64,000 bases of DNA from NCBI GenBank assembly GCA_965238005.1, contig OZ250165.1, positions 3,008,001 through 3,072,000 on the forward strand. The letters run 5' to 3'. The notes beneath the pieces were generated by a model that worked only from the letters and a program-made list of their open reading frames with translations, ran no database searches and was not told the DNA's origin. The translations under genes were made by a program, and so were the position numbers. The DNA comes from Longimicrobiales bacterium (GTDB lineage Bacteria > Gemmatimonadota > Gemmatimonadetes > Longimicrobiales > Gaopeijiaceae). Within the stretch, counting starts at the first letter, position 1, and each line of letters begins with the position of its first letter. Shown in pieces: positions 48,880 to 58,406 of this stretch.

Positions 48880-50532
48880 ATGTCCATACGCTCGAACGCA
48901 CCAGAGACGCCACCGTCGGAGGAGCCAACCCTCGTTCGCCGGGCCCGCGCACATGCCGACGGTATCGCCGTGGTCGGGTCCGAAGGGCTCTTCACGTACC
49001 GCGATCTGCTAGAGGCGTCCACGGGGGTGGCTTGGCGGCTGCTGGCGGCCTTCCCGGGTGCGCGTGCTTCGGACGGGACGGGCATTCGCCCTGGCGCGGG
49101 CGATCTAGGGCAGGCACGCATCGCATTTCTGGTCCCCCCGGGATTTCATCACGTGGCCGTTCAATGGGGGATCTGGCAGGCGGGGGGTGTGGCGGTTCCG
49201 CTGGCTGTGTCGCACCCACCCCCCGAGTTGGCCCACGTCCTCGATGACGCCGAGCCCGCCGCCGTGGTCGTGCATCCGTCGCTGACCGATCGCATCACTC
49301 CGCTGGCGGAGGAGAGAGGACTGCCGGTCCTGGACGCGGGGGAGCTGTGCGGGGCGCTCGATGCCGCGGAACTCCCGGCATCGGCACCTGAAGTGCCCCC
49401 GGATCAGCCGGCCCTTCCCGGTGTCTCGGGGGACCGGCGGGCCCTCGTCGTCTACACCAGCGGCACCACGGGCCGCCCCAAAGGGGTGGTCACGACCCAT
49501 GCGAACGTCGAGGCGCAGGTCACCTCCCTGGTCGCCGCGTGGGAGTGGAGTCCCGATGACCACATCCTGCTCGTGCTGCCACTCCATCATGTGCACGGGA
49601 TCATCAACGTCGTCACGTGCGCGCTGTGGGCCGGCGCCTGCTGCCAGATGCTGCCTCGCTTCGACGCCGCCGAGACCTGGGAGCGCTTCGCCCGCGGAGA
49701 CGTCACCCTCTTCATGGCTGTGCCCACCGTCTACGTCCGGCTCATCCGGGCTTGGGAGGAGGCGAGCGAGGGGGATCGGGGGCGGTGGAGCGAGGGGGCG
49801 CGCAAGATGCGCCTCATGGTCTCGGGCTCGGCGGCCCTTCCGATCAACGTCCTCGAACGCTGGCGAGAGATCACGGGCCACGTGCTCCTGGAGCGATACG
49901 GCATGACCGAGATCGGCATGGGACTCTCGAATCCCCTCCGAGGGGAGCGACGGCCCGGCTATGTGGGCCAGCCCCTTCCGGGTGTGGAGATACGCCGGGT
50001 GGACGACACCGGCCACGTGCTCTCCGATCCAGGAGCCCCCGGCGAGCTGGAGGTCCGGGGCCCGGGGGTCTTCTCCGAGTATTGGCAGCGTCCGGAAGAG
50101 ACGGCCAGCTCGTTCAGGGACGGCTGGTTCCGAACGGGCGATGTGGCGACCGAGGAGGACGGTTACTACCGTCTCCTCGGCCGGATGTCGGTGGATATCA
50201 TCAAGACGGGCGGCTACAAGGTGTCGGCCCTCGATGTGGAGGAGACCCTGAGGGAGCACGAAGACGTGGAGGACTGCGCCGTCGTGGGCGTGCCCGACCC
50301 CGAGTTGGGGGAACGCCTTTGCGCGGCCCTCGTCGCCCCAGGCGAGGCGACAGTCGACCACGGCATCGCGACCATCGACGCCGACGCCGTGCTCGGGTGG
50401 GCCAAACAACGGCTCGCTCCATACAAGGTCCCACGAGAGCTCAGGATCGTGGCCGAGCTCCCACGGAACGCCATGGGAAAAGTGCAGAAACAGGATCTGA
50501 AGACTCTGTTCGAGACCGGGAATCCCCCATGA
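48880..50532 (+). CDS. Acyl-CoA synthetase (MatB/ACSF3 malonyl-CoA synthetase-like)
   Basis: YTSGTTGRPKG, LPLHHVHG, FMAVPTVY, LERYGMTE, FRTGD, PRNAMGKVQK. Confidence 0.88.
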   Translation: MSIRSNAPETPPSEEPTLVRRARAHADGIAVVGSEGLFTYRDLLEASTGVAWRLLAAFPGARASDGTGIRPGAGDLGQARIAFLVPPGFHHVAVQWGIWQAGGVAVPLAVSHPPPELAHVLDDAEPAAVVVHPSLTDRITPLAEERGLPVLDAGELCGALDAAELPASAPEVPPDQPALPGVSGDRRALVVYTSGTTGRPKGVVTTHANVEAQVTSLVAAWEWSPDDHILLVLPLHHVHGIINVVTCALWAGACCQMLPRFDAAETWERFARGDVTLFMAVPTVYVRLIRAWEEASEGDRGRWSEGARKMRLMVSGSAALPINVLERWREITGHVLLERYGMTEIGMGLSNPLRGERRPGYVGQPLPGVEIRRVDDTGHVLSDPGAPGELEVRGPGVFSEYWQRPEETASSFRDGWFRTGDVATEEDGYYRLLGRMSVDIIKTGGYKVSALDVEETLREHEDVEDCAVVGVPDPELGERLCAALVAPGEATVDHGIATIDADAVLGWAKQRLAPYKVPRELRIVAELPRNAMGKVQKQDLKTLFETGNPP

Positions 50533-52016
50533 GCGCCATCCTCGACAATCTCCGGGAGTTCTGGCTCGTCCACCTGCTGCTGATCCTCTATACGGCGCTC
50601 ATGGCCTACCACGCCTACGCCGGTAACAGGGAGACCGAGGGGCTGGCCGACTACTATGTGGGGGGCCGGGGGATGGGAGGGCTGGTCTTGGGTCTCTCGT
50701 TCTTCGCCACGTATTCGAGCACCAACAGCTTCGTGGGGTTCTCGGGTCAGGCCTACGGGTGGGGAGCGCCCTGGCTCCTCCTCGTGCCGTTCATCGTGGG
50801 CTTCTCCCTCTTCGCGTGGACCGTCGTCGCCCCTCGGCTCCGGGAATTCACCCGCTCACTGGATTCTTTGACGGTTTCGGACTTCATCGGATTCCGCTTC
50901 GAGAGCACGGCGGCCCGCTTCCTGGCGGCCATTATCGTGCTCTTCGCCAGTCTCCTCTACATGACCGCCGTCTTCAAGGGGATCGGTAACCTCCTCGAGA
51001 CCTTCATGGACATCCCCTACAAGGTGGCCATCGCGCTGGTCTTCGTGGTGGTCATGCTGTACACGGCGATTGGCGGCTTCATCTCGGTGGCGAAGACCGA
51101 TGCGGTACAAGGCATCGTCATGTCGGTGGCGGCCATCCTGCTGTTCACCGGAACGGTGACCGCCGCCGGCGGGCTCGGGGCCCTTGGGGCGATCCGCCAG
51201 GCTCCGGAGACGTCCCATCTGTTCACGTGGGGGGGCGGGGTCGCCGTGCCCACCCTCTTCGGGGTGCTGGTGGCGGGGACCATCAAGTTCGCCGTCGAGC
51301 CGCGTCAGCTCTCTCGGTTCTATGCCCTGAAAGACGCGCAAGCCACCCGCACCGGCATGCTGGTGAGCACCCTCACTTTCGCGGCCGTGTACTCCCTCCT
51401 CGTTCCAGTGGGGCTTTACGCGCGTCGGATAATCCCCGACAACATCGAGGACACAGACCTCGTCGTGCCCACACTGCTGGCGACGGAGGGGATCTTCTCT
51501 TCCCTGGGGGCTGCCTTCCTTCTGGTCGCAATGGTCGCCGCCGCCATGTCGTCTTTGGACAGCGTGCTCCTGGTGATGGCATCGACTGCCGAGCGCGACA
51601 TCGTGGGTGTGGCTCGACCTGCCAGCTCCGATGCTGCGGCACTCCTCGCCACGCGCTACTACGTGGCGGTCTTCGCCCTCGTGACCGCCGTCATCGCCTT
51701 GAACCCGCCCGGGGGCATCGTGACCCTCACCGCACTCTCAGGCAGCGTGTACGGCGCTTGCTTCTTCCCCGCCATCGTCCTGGGTCTCTATTGGAGGAAG
51801 GGGAGCGGGGCAGCCGTCATCGGGTCGTACGCCGCCGGGCTGGCCCCGCTCTTCCTCTGGCAGTACACGCCCTGGTCCGAAGCCCTTCACCAGGTCTTCC
51901 CGGCGTTGGTCCTCTCGCTGCTGACGTACGTGGTCATCTCGCTGACGGGACCGACGGTCGAGACAGAGCGCGTCAGGGACCTCTTCCAGGCCGCCGAGGG
52001 CTCGCGATCCCCCTGA
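50529..52016 (+). CDS. Sodium:solute symporter (SSS/PutP-PanF family)
   Basis: DYYVGGRGMG, ATYSSTNSFVG, YTAIGGF..TDAVQG, AAAMSSLDS; ATGA overlap with the synthetase. Confidence 0.9.
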   Translation: MSAILDNLREFWLVHLLLILYTALMAYHAYAGNRETEGLADYYVGGRGMGGLVLGLSFFATYSSTNSFVGFSGQAYGWGAPWLLLVPFIVGFSLFAWTVVAPRLREFTRSLDSLTVSDFIGFRFESTAARFLAAIIVLFASLLYMTAVFKGIGNLLETFMDIPYKVAIALVFVVVMLYTAIGGFISVAKTDAVQGIVMSVAAILLFTGTVTAAGGLGALGAIRQAPETSHLFTWGGGVAVPTLFGVLVAGTIKFAVEPRQLSRFYALKDAQATRTGMLVSTLTFAAVYSLLVPVGLYARRIIPDNIEDTDLVVPTLLATEGIFSSLGAAFLLVAMVAAAMSSLDSVLLVMASTAERDIVGVARPASSDAAALLATRYYVAVFALVTAVIALNPPGGIVTLTALSGSVYGACFFPAIVLGLYWRKGSGAAVIGSYAAGLAPLFLWQYTPWSEALHQVFPALVLSLLTYVVISLTGPTVETERVRDLFQAAEGSRSP

Positions 52017-52109
52017 ATCCAGGGCCAATCCCGCCCTCGTTCTCTTGCAGCGCGACTACTGCCGGGGTAATTTTGGGGGTTGATTCTGGCTTTCTGTGGA
52101 GGAACGAAC

Positions 52110-52724
52110 ATGCGTAGATGGCCGCTGGGCGAGTCGTTCGCTCCCCTGACCCGGGTCTCGCCCCTTCTAGTGGCTGTCACGCTTTCTTTCGCCTCGCCGC
52201 TGTGGCAGCCGGAGCCGGCCTCGGCCAGCGTGCCTGATCCCGTGGTCGGCATCTGTGCAGCAACCCCGGCCCTGGCGGCTGCCGCCGACTACTACGACAT
52301 CCGCATGGCGCCCACGAGGAGAGCACCAGGCGCCGTCGGCTACGTGACGAAGACATTTGCCCAGTCACCGTTCGGCATCGCCGTGTCCGTGGACGGGCGC
52401 TACATCTACGACGTTCGCCTCGCCGTAGAGGGACTCAGGGGACCGCCCAACGTGGAGTACACCGTGTGGGTGGCTCCGCCGAACCTGAGCCCGATCGTGA
52501 GGTTGGGTGTGCTGGACGAGCAGTTCGAGCTTTCAGGACAGGTGGACTTCAACAAGTTCATCATGTTCGTCACCGCCGAGCAGCCGGGCTCCTGGGACCC
52601 CGACAATGGCGGCAAGAAGACGGGGAACGCGTGGGCGGGACCGATCCTCATGCAGGGGATCTCCAGGAGCGGCATGATGCACTCTGCCGCTGGGCACGGC
52701 CCCTTCGAAGTAGAGAACTGCTGA
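52110..52724 (+). CDS. Hypothetical exported protein upstream of the multicopper oxidase
   Basis: GGAGG RBS; SPFGIAVSVDGRYIYD..EYTVWVAPPNL..NKFIMFVTAE..SGMMHSAAGHGPFE. Confidence 0.7.
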   Translation: MRRWPLGESFAPLTRVSPLLVAVTLSFASPLWQPEPASASVPDPVVGICAATPALAAAADYYDIRMAPTRRAPGAVGYVTKTFAQSPFGIAVSVDGRYIYDVRLAVEGLRGPPNVEYTVWVAPPNLSPIVRLGVLDEQFELSGQVDFNKFIMFVTAEQPGSWDPDNGGKKTGNAWAGPILMQGISRSGMMHSAAGHGPFEVENC

Positions 52725-52773
52725 GGCCGGCCGCTCTGGTAGAGCATTTTGCGGCATCCGCGTAACCTGTCCC

Positions 52774-52941
52774 CGCCTCGCGGCTGTGGCGCTGCTCGTC
52801 ATCACCTGCAGTTCACGGACCGCCGACGCCCAGTCACCGCCTCCCGACGGGAAGATCGAGCGGGGGAGTCCCAACGTCGAGCTGATATCGCACGTCCCCC
52901 TTGGCAAAGCCTTCAGTGTGGCGAGGTCCGGTGGGCAGTGA
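52774..52941 (+). pseudogene. N-terminal remnant of an LVIVD-repeat protein
   Basis: RLAAVALLVITC..IERGSPNVELISHVPLG resembles EKRGSDNIEVVAHLPLG of the 28468 gene; truncated, no start codon. Confidence 0.6.
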
Positions 52942-52983
52942 GAGATCTTCAGGGACGGCCGGAGAGAACCTAGGGGAGAGTGG

Positions 52984-54762
52984 ATGTCCAGGTTTCCAAT
53001 CGACCGGCGACTCAGGGTGACCACCCGGGTCGCGCTCCTCGGACTGGTGTGGACGACTGTTTGCCTGACGGTCCTACCGCGATCGGTCGAAGCCCACGAT
53101 CCCAGCACGCCCATGAACATGCCCGGCACGCCGCAGGACACGGGCAATATGGATCCCAACGCCTGGCGCATGCCTCCCATGGAAGGCATGGACATGTCCA
53201 TGATGGCGTACCTGCAGGGCAATGTCCCCACCACCTCGCCCTTCTTGCCCGGCGCGGACCTCGACGACATGCAGCGCAGCATGCTGCCGGAGGCCACCTA
53301 CCGGGAGGTGATCGAGCTGGCGGACGGCGACGTGCTCAATCTCCAGGCCGGGCTGGTGCGGCGCTCGATCGGCGGCCGGGAGTTCGTCATGTACGCCTTC
53401 AACGGCCAATATCCCGGTCCCGTTCTCAAGGTCCAGCAACACTCCACGATCACCGTCAACTTCACCAACGACATCGAGTTCCCCACCACGCTCAGGTGGC
53501 ACGGCGTGCGCGTGGACAATCAGTACGACGGGGTGCCGGGGCTCACGCAGCGCCCCGTACGGCCCGGCGATACCTTCGAGTACAAGGTCCGCTTCCCGGA
53601 TGCCGGAACGTTCTGGTACCACCCGCACCAACGCGAGGAGATCGCCCAGGATCTCGGCCTGTACGGCAACATCATCGTCGAGTCTCCCGAAGCTGACTAC
53701 TACAGCCCCGTGAACCATGAGGTCGTCCTGATGCTGGACGACATCCTCATGGACGACCTGGGATTCCTGCCGTGGGGATACGAGGCTCCCACCCATGTTC
53801 TCATGGGTCGTTTCGGGAACTTCATGCTGGTGGACGGTGAATCGAGCCACGAGCTCGCGGTGAAGAGAGGGGACGTGGTGCGATACCATCTCACCAACGC
53901 CTCCAACACCCGAATGTTCAACGTGTCGTGGGACGGTGCTCCCATCAAGCTCGTTGCCGGAGACCTCAGCCGGTTCGAGAAGGAGGTCATGGTCGGGAGC
54001 GTGGTGATCGCTCCGGGCCAGCGCTACGTGGTGGAGGTGAAGTTCGACGAGCCGGGCGAGTCCGCCATGACCACCCGGATCCAGGCTATCAATCACTTCC
54101 TGGGGCAGTTCTACCCCGCCGTCGACACCTTGGGAACGGTGTCGGTTGCCGACGAGGAGACGGACGCGGACTACTCGGCGAGCTTCGCGCAGTTGAGGGA
54201 ACACGCGGACGTCCAAGCGGACATCGACGGGGTGCGACAACACTTCGATCGGGAGGTGGACCACGCGCTGGAGCTGACGCTGAACGCCCGCGGACTGCTC
54301 ACCCCGATCAGGCAGGTGATGGCCATCGACACCTTCTACGTTCCGCCGGTGGAGTGGAACGAGACCATGCCCATGATGAACTGGCTGGCCACGGGCCAGG
54401 AGGTGACGTGGATCCTCTCCGATGTGGCGACCATGTCGCCCGATCGCGAGCTGGGTCCCGCGAGAGGCTGGCGGTTCAAACAGGGCGACGTGGTGAAGCT
54501 CCGGCTGTTCAACAATCCCAAGTCGCTCCACCCCATGAACCACCCCATGCACCTCCACGGCCAGCGCTTCCTGGTCCTGGAGCAGGACGGGGTGCGGATG
54601 AACAACCTGGTGTGGAGGGATACCGTCATCGTCCCGGTGGGCGCGACCATCGATCTCCTGGTGGAGATGTCCAACCCGGGGAGCTGGATGCTCAACTGCC
54701 AGATTCCCGAGCACGTGGGGTCCGGTATGTCCATCTCCTTCAGGGTGGATCCGGGCCCCTAG
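52984..54762 (+). CDS. Multicopper oxidase-family protein with altered T2/T3 ligands
   Basis: FNGQYPGP, RWHG, FWYHPH, HPMHLHG, NCQIPEHVGSGM; Met-rich N-terminus. Confidence 0.88.
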   Translation: MSRFPIDRRLRVTTRVALLGLVWTTVCLTVLPRSVEAHDPSTPMNMPGTPQDTGNMDPNAWRMPPMEGMDMSMMAYLQGNVPTTSPFLPGADLDDMQRSMLPEATYREVIELADGDVLNLQAGLVRRSIGGREFVMYAFNGQYPGPVLKVQQHSTITVNFTNDIEFPTTLRWHGVRVDNQYDGVPGLTQRPVRPGDTFEYKVRFPDAGTFWYHPHQREEIAQDLGLYGNIIVESPEADYYSPVNHEVVLMLDDILMDDLGFLPWGYEAPTHVLMGRFGNFMLVDGESSHELAVKRGDVVRYHLTNASNTRMFNVSWDGAPIKLVAGDLSRFEKEVMVGSVVIAPGQRYVVEVKFDEPGESAMTTRIQAINHFLGQFYPAVDTLGTVSVADEETDADYSASFAQLREHADVQADIDGVRQHFDREVDHALELTLNARGLLTPIRQVMAIDTFYVPPVEWNETMPMMNWLATGQEVTWILSDVATMSPDRELGPARGWRFKQGDVVKLRLFNNPKSLHPMNHPMHLHGQRFLVLEQDGVRMNNLVWRDTVIVPVGATIDLLVEMSNPGSWMLNCQIPEHVGSGMSISFRVDPGP

Positions 54763-54799
54763 GCCGTCGCAGCTCCGGCGGGCGTCCGCTCTCCTCGCT

Positions 54800-55978
54800 T
54801 CACCGAACCATGATCGTGCCCATCATGGCGGCTCCTTCGTGTGGGATGCAGACGTAGCGGTACTCCCCCGGCTCCGTGAACGTCCAGGTGAAGCTCTCCC
54901 CCGGGGCGATGTCTCCGGAGTCGAAGATGTCGGCGCCGGAGGGAAGTTGAACGTTGGCCGCCAGCATGGCCATGGACGGGTCGGCGGTGACCGTGTGGAT
55001 CAGGGCCGACGTATTGCGCCAGCGCACGGCCTGACCCGCCGAGATGGTGACGGCGGTCGGCTCGTACCTGAGCTGGTTGCTCAAGGTGACCTCGGCCGCC
55101 ACCTCTCCGCTGGGACCCTGTTGTGCGCTTCCCTGGCGGCCGCCGAAGTAGCGCGACAGGGTGAACGGAATCGTGAACTCGAAGCCGTAGCGGGTCTGGC
55201 CGTCACCGCCCTCTTCGAGGTCTCCGAAGGACGAGCCCTGGAGGCTGGCGGTCCGGGCGTTTGTGACCTGAAGGGAGAACGTGTGGGGCGTGTAGGGCAC
55301 CGCCAACTGGAGGGCGGCGCTCCACGCCACATCCAGCTCTCCGTCGGGAACGTCAGCGCCCGCCCCGTCCGGTCCGACGGTACGGTCGGTGAGGGCCACC
55401 ACGTCTCCCGCCAGGGCCACGTTGTCGGAGATACGGATCGTCGCCCCTCCGCCGATGGCCCACTTCGATTCGTCGAGCCCATCGTCGAAGACGTCCGACA
55501 GGAAGCGCCCGACGGCTATGAGCTTCACCGGGCCTGCCGGGACGGACACCGAGACCTCGGCGTCGCCGCTGCCTGCCGCCTCGTTATAGGCTCCAGTGAA
55601 GGAGAGGTCGATGGGGTGGCCGGCGGCCGTGGACACCGGGGTCCGGCGAGCGAAGAGCTCGGTCTCGTTGTACTCTGTCCCGTCCACGAACGAGCTGGTC
55701 GCGTAGTCGACTCCCAGGAGCGTGCGGCCGGGCAGGGGAAGGGCCAAAAAGAACGTCGGTGAGTTGATGATCTTGTTCTCATCTCCCACGTCCACCTTCC
55801 AGAAGCGGTGGACGAAGTTGAAGTAGACGGTGCCCTCGGTGCCGGTCCAGCCGGCGGCGAGGTTCGGGGTCCGCTCCAGCACCGACTGGCCCTGGACAGG
55901 CCGGGCTGAGGCGAAGATGCCACCGGCGGCTACGGCCAAGAGCATCATGGCGGGGGCTACCTGACGAAGTTCGCGCAT
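54800..55978 (-). CDS. Predicted outer-membrane beta-barrel fused to a C-terminal plastocyanin/azurin cupredoxin
   Basis: Signal peptide; FNFVHRF, PHTFSLQVTN, RYGFEFTIPF strands; HTVT..YVCIPHEGAAMMGTI type 1 Cu site. Confidence 0.75.
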   Translation of the reverse strand: MRELRQVAPAMMLLAVAAGGIFASARPVQGQSVLERTPNLAAGWTGTEGTVYFNFVHRFWKVDVGDENKIINSPTFFLALPLPGRTLLGVDYATSSFVDGTEYNETELFARRTPVSTAAGHPIDLSFTGAYNEAAGSGDAEVSVSVPAGPVKLIAVGRFLSDVFDDGLDESKWAIGGGATIRISDNVALAGDVVALTDRTVGPDGAGADVPDGELDVAWSAALQLAVPYTPHTFSLQVTNARTASLQGSSFGDLEEGGDGQTRYGFEFTIPFTLSRYFGGRQGSAQQGPSGEVAAEVTLSNQLRYEPTAVTISAGQAVRWRNTSALIHTVTADPSMAMLAANVQLPSGADIFDSGDIAPGESFTWTFTEPGEYRYVCIPHEGAAMMGTIMVR

Positions 55979-56044
55979 GGGCCTTTCTCCTGCTTCGGGT
56001 GAGCTCCAAAGGGGTCCGCCGGACAAATGTGAGCGAAGCCAACC

Positions 56045-56075
56045 ATAATAACGGTATCCCCGAGGGGCGACGCAA
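56045..56075 (-). promoter_or_regulatory. Putative metal-regulated promoter of the cupredoxin fusion gene
   Basis: TTGCGT-N19-TATTAT with a CCCCTCGGGG dyad in the spacer. Confidence 0.35.
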
Positions 56076-56114
56076 CGTAGTTCGCTCTTGCGTTGCCGAC
56101 CATTGAGGCATGAT

Positions 56115-56286
56115 CTGAACGCCAACTTCCACTTCTACGTCTGTGTCATCGATGGCGTGTTCTGCGAGGATCCCGAGGGCTCGGTCGAGTCTACGAGGCC
56201 ACCCCTCTCACGGCCTCCGACGGGGACCAGCTTCAGCACACCGGCGCCACCGCGTGCTCCGTTACTTCCACCGCCACGGTCTGCTC
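56115..56286 (+). mobile_element. Decayed IS91-family transposase HUH-region fragment
   Basis: LNANFHFYVCVIDGVFCEDPEGSVE..HRVLRYFHRHGLL; matches the reverse complement of 29905-30085. Confidence 0.72.
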
Positions 56287-56805
56287 TTTCAAACGCCCCT
56301 GGGTTCGGGTTGCTGGGAGGTCAGCCCGTTCCTTGGCAGAGGTGAACTGACGGCCAATATTGAGTGGATTCGTTCCGCCCGAACCGCCGAATGCTGGTGG
56401 GAACCGGGCATGTCGGCGAGCACGGGGCGGTGCGGAAGGTCTGGAGAGGGGGGTTGGTAAAAATGGGCTGGGATGACGTTGAACGAAAAGCTGTGACGGC
56501 TGAGGAGACTCGATGACGGAAGCCGAGTTCGGGACGCCGAAAAGAGCGCCTGCCCAGTTTGCATGGTCGAGAAGATGTTGAAATGACTACCGCGCGTAAG
56601 CTTTTCGGCCTTCTTTCTCCCAGCAAACGTCGCGCATCTACCGCGCTCCTGGGTCTCATGCTGATCGGGATGGTGATGGAAACCCTAGGAATCAGCTTGG
56701 TATTCCCCGCGCTGACGTTGATGACCGAGACCGATCTGGCGGCTCGTTACCCCGCCCTGGCACCCTGGCTGGATAGACTCAGCAATCCCAGCCAGGAGGA
56801 GCTAG

Positions 56806-58406
56806 GAGTCTGCGCCGCAGAACCCTGCGGCGGCTATCTTTGGTGGTAGCGAAGGCATTGGGAAGGCTTGCGGATCACCGAGGGGGGTGAATGGGAACGA
56901 CATTTCGACCGTACGATCCGGAGCAGATGTTGTTGCTGCCTCCGGATCTTCGGGAGTGGGTGTCGGAGGGTCATTTGGCGCACCATGTGAGCGACCTGGT
57001 GGACGCGGTGGAGCTGAGCGCGTTCTACGGGCGGTACCGGGGGGACGGGCGGCGCAACTCGCCGTACGACCCTCGGATGATGGTCAAGGTGCTGATCTAC
57101 GCGTATGCGACGGGCACCTTCTCGTCGCGGAAGATGGCGAGGAAGCTGGAGGAGGATGTCGCGTTTCGGATGCTGGCGGCGGAGAACTTCCCGAAGCACC
57201 GGACGCTGTGCGAGTTCCGCAAGCGCCATCTCGGGGATTTCCGGGCGGTGTTTGTGGAGGTGGTGATGCTCGCGCGGGCCTTGGGGCTGGCGGGGCTTGG
57301 CAGGGTGTCGGTGGACGGGACGAAGGTTCGGGCGAACGCGAACAAGCGCAAGGCGATGAGCTACGGCCGGATGGTGACCGGGGAGCCTCGGCTGGAGGCG
57401 GAGATCCGGGGGCTGTTGGAGAGGGCCGAGGCGGTGGACGAAGCGGAAGACGAGCGCTACGGCGAGGAAGCATGCGGAGACGAGGTGCCGGAGGAGCTCA
57501 AGCGGCGCGAGGACCGGCTGGCGGCGATCCGGGAGGCGAAGGCGCGCCTGGAAGCCGAGCAGAGAGCGGCGGACGACGCACGGGGCCGCAAGCCGGGGCA
57601 GACGCGCAACCCGAAGGGCGGCAGGCCCTACAAGCGGGAGTACGGAGAGCCGGACGAGGCGGCGCAGAGCAACTTCACGGACCCTGAGAGCCGGATCATG
57701 AAGACGAGTTCGGAGGGGTTCCAGCAGTGCTACAACGCACAGACGGTCGTGGAGGGGGAGAACCAGCTGGTGGTCGGGGCCGAGGTGACGGACAACGCGA
57801 GCGACCAGGGCCAGCTGGTGCCCATGGTCGACGCGGTGGCGCAAGCGTACGGCGAGACGCCGGCGCAGGTGCTGGCGGACACGGGCTATTGCAACGAGCG
57901 GGATCTCGAGGAACTGGAAGAGCGAGACATCGACGGGTATGTGGCGCTGGCCCGGGAGGGCAAGGCCGCCCCCACGGTTGACAAGGAGGAATATCCGGCG
58001 AAAGTCCGCATGGCGGAGAAGCTGGCGAGCGAAGATGGCCGCAGACGCTACGCACGGCGAAAGTCGCAGGCCGAGGCGCCCATCGGCTGGATCAAGGAAG
58101 TGATGGGCTTTCGACGATTCAGCTTCCGGGGCCTCGAGAAGGTCCGGGCCGAGTGGACCCTCGTGTGCCTGGCACTCAATGTGAAGCGGCTGCACACCCT
58201 TCAGGCGGCATGACTGCACGAGGGTTCACCCGCATCTGCCGGCGCGAGGGCTCTCGTAGCTCTCTTGCCCCCCCAACGCATCCATTCCGCTCTCCCGATC
58301 CGTCGCAGACACAAGTCCTCAACCTCCCAATCACCCGGATCCGCCTCGCCGCGGACGGCTCGATGACCATTCGGCTCAGTCAGCTGTGCTTCTGCGGCGC
58401 AGACTC
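56806..58406 (+). mobile_element. IS1182-family insertion sequence, copy 2 (1601 bp)
   Basis: Same terminal inverted repeats; CTAG at 56802-56805 and 58407-58410. Confidence 0.92.
56891..58213 (+). CDS. IS1182-family DDE transposase
   Basis: Translation identical to 19190-20512. Confidence 0.93.
   Translation: MGTTFRPYDPEQMLLLPPDLREWVSEGHLAHHVSDLVDAVELSAFYGRYRGDGRRNSPYDPRMMVKVLIYAYATGTFSSRKMARKLEEDVAFRMLAAENFPKHRTLCEFRKRHLGDFRAVFVEVVMLARALGLAGLGRVSVDGTKVRANANKRKAMSYGRMVTGEPRLEAEIRGLLERAEAVDEAEDERYGEEACGDEVPEELKRREDRLAAIREAKARLEAEQRAADDARGRKPGQTRNPKGGRPYKREYGEPDEAAQSNFTDPESRIMKTSSEGFQQCYNAQTVVEGENQLVVGAEVTDNASDQGQLVPMVDAVAQAYGETPAQVLADTGYCNERDLEELEERDIDGYVALAREGKAAPTVDKEEYPAKVRMAEKLASEDGRRRYARRKSQAEAPIGWIKEVMGFRRFSFRGLEKVRAEWTLVCLALNVKRLHTLQAA

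Noticed and set aside
49617..50528. N-terminal 304 aa of the 799-aa symporter ORF; similar extensions on priA, M24, M6 and nfuA
   Set aside because: Open-frame extensions overlapping upstream genes or lacking family-like sequence; starts were reassigned using family N-termini, RBS and stop/start overlaps
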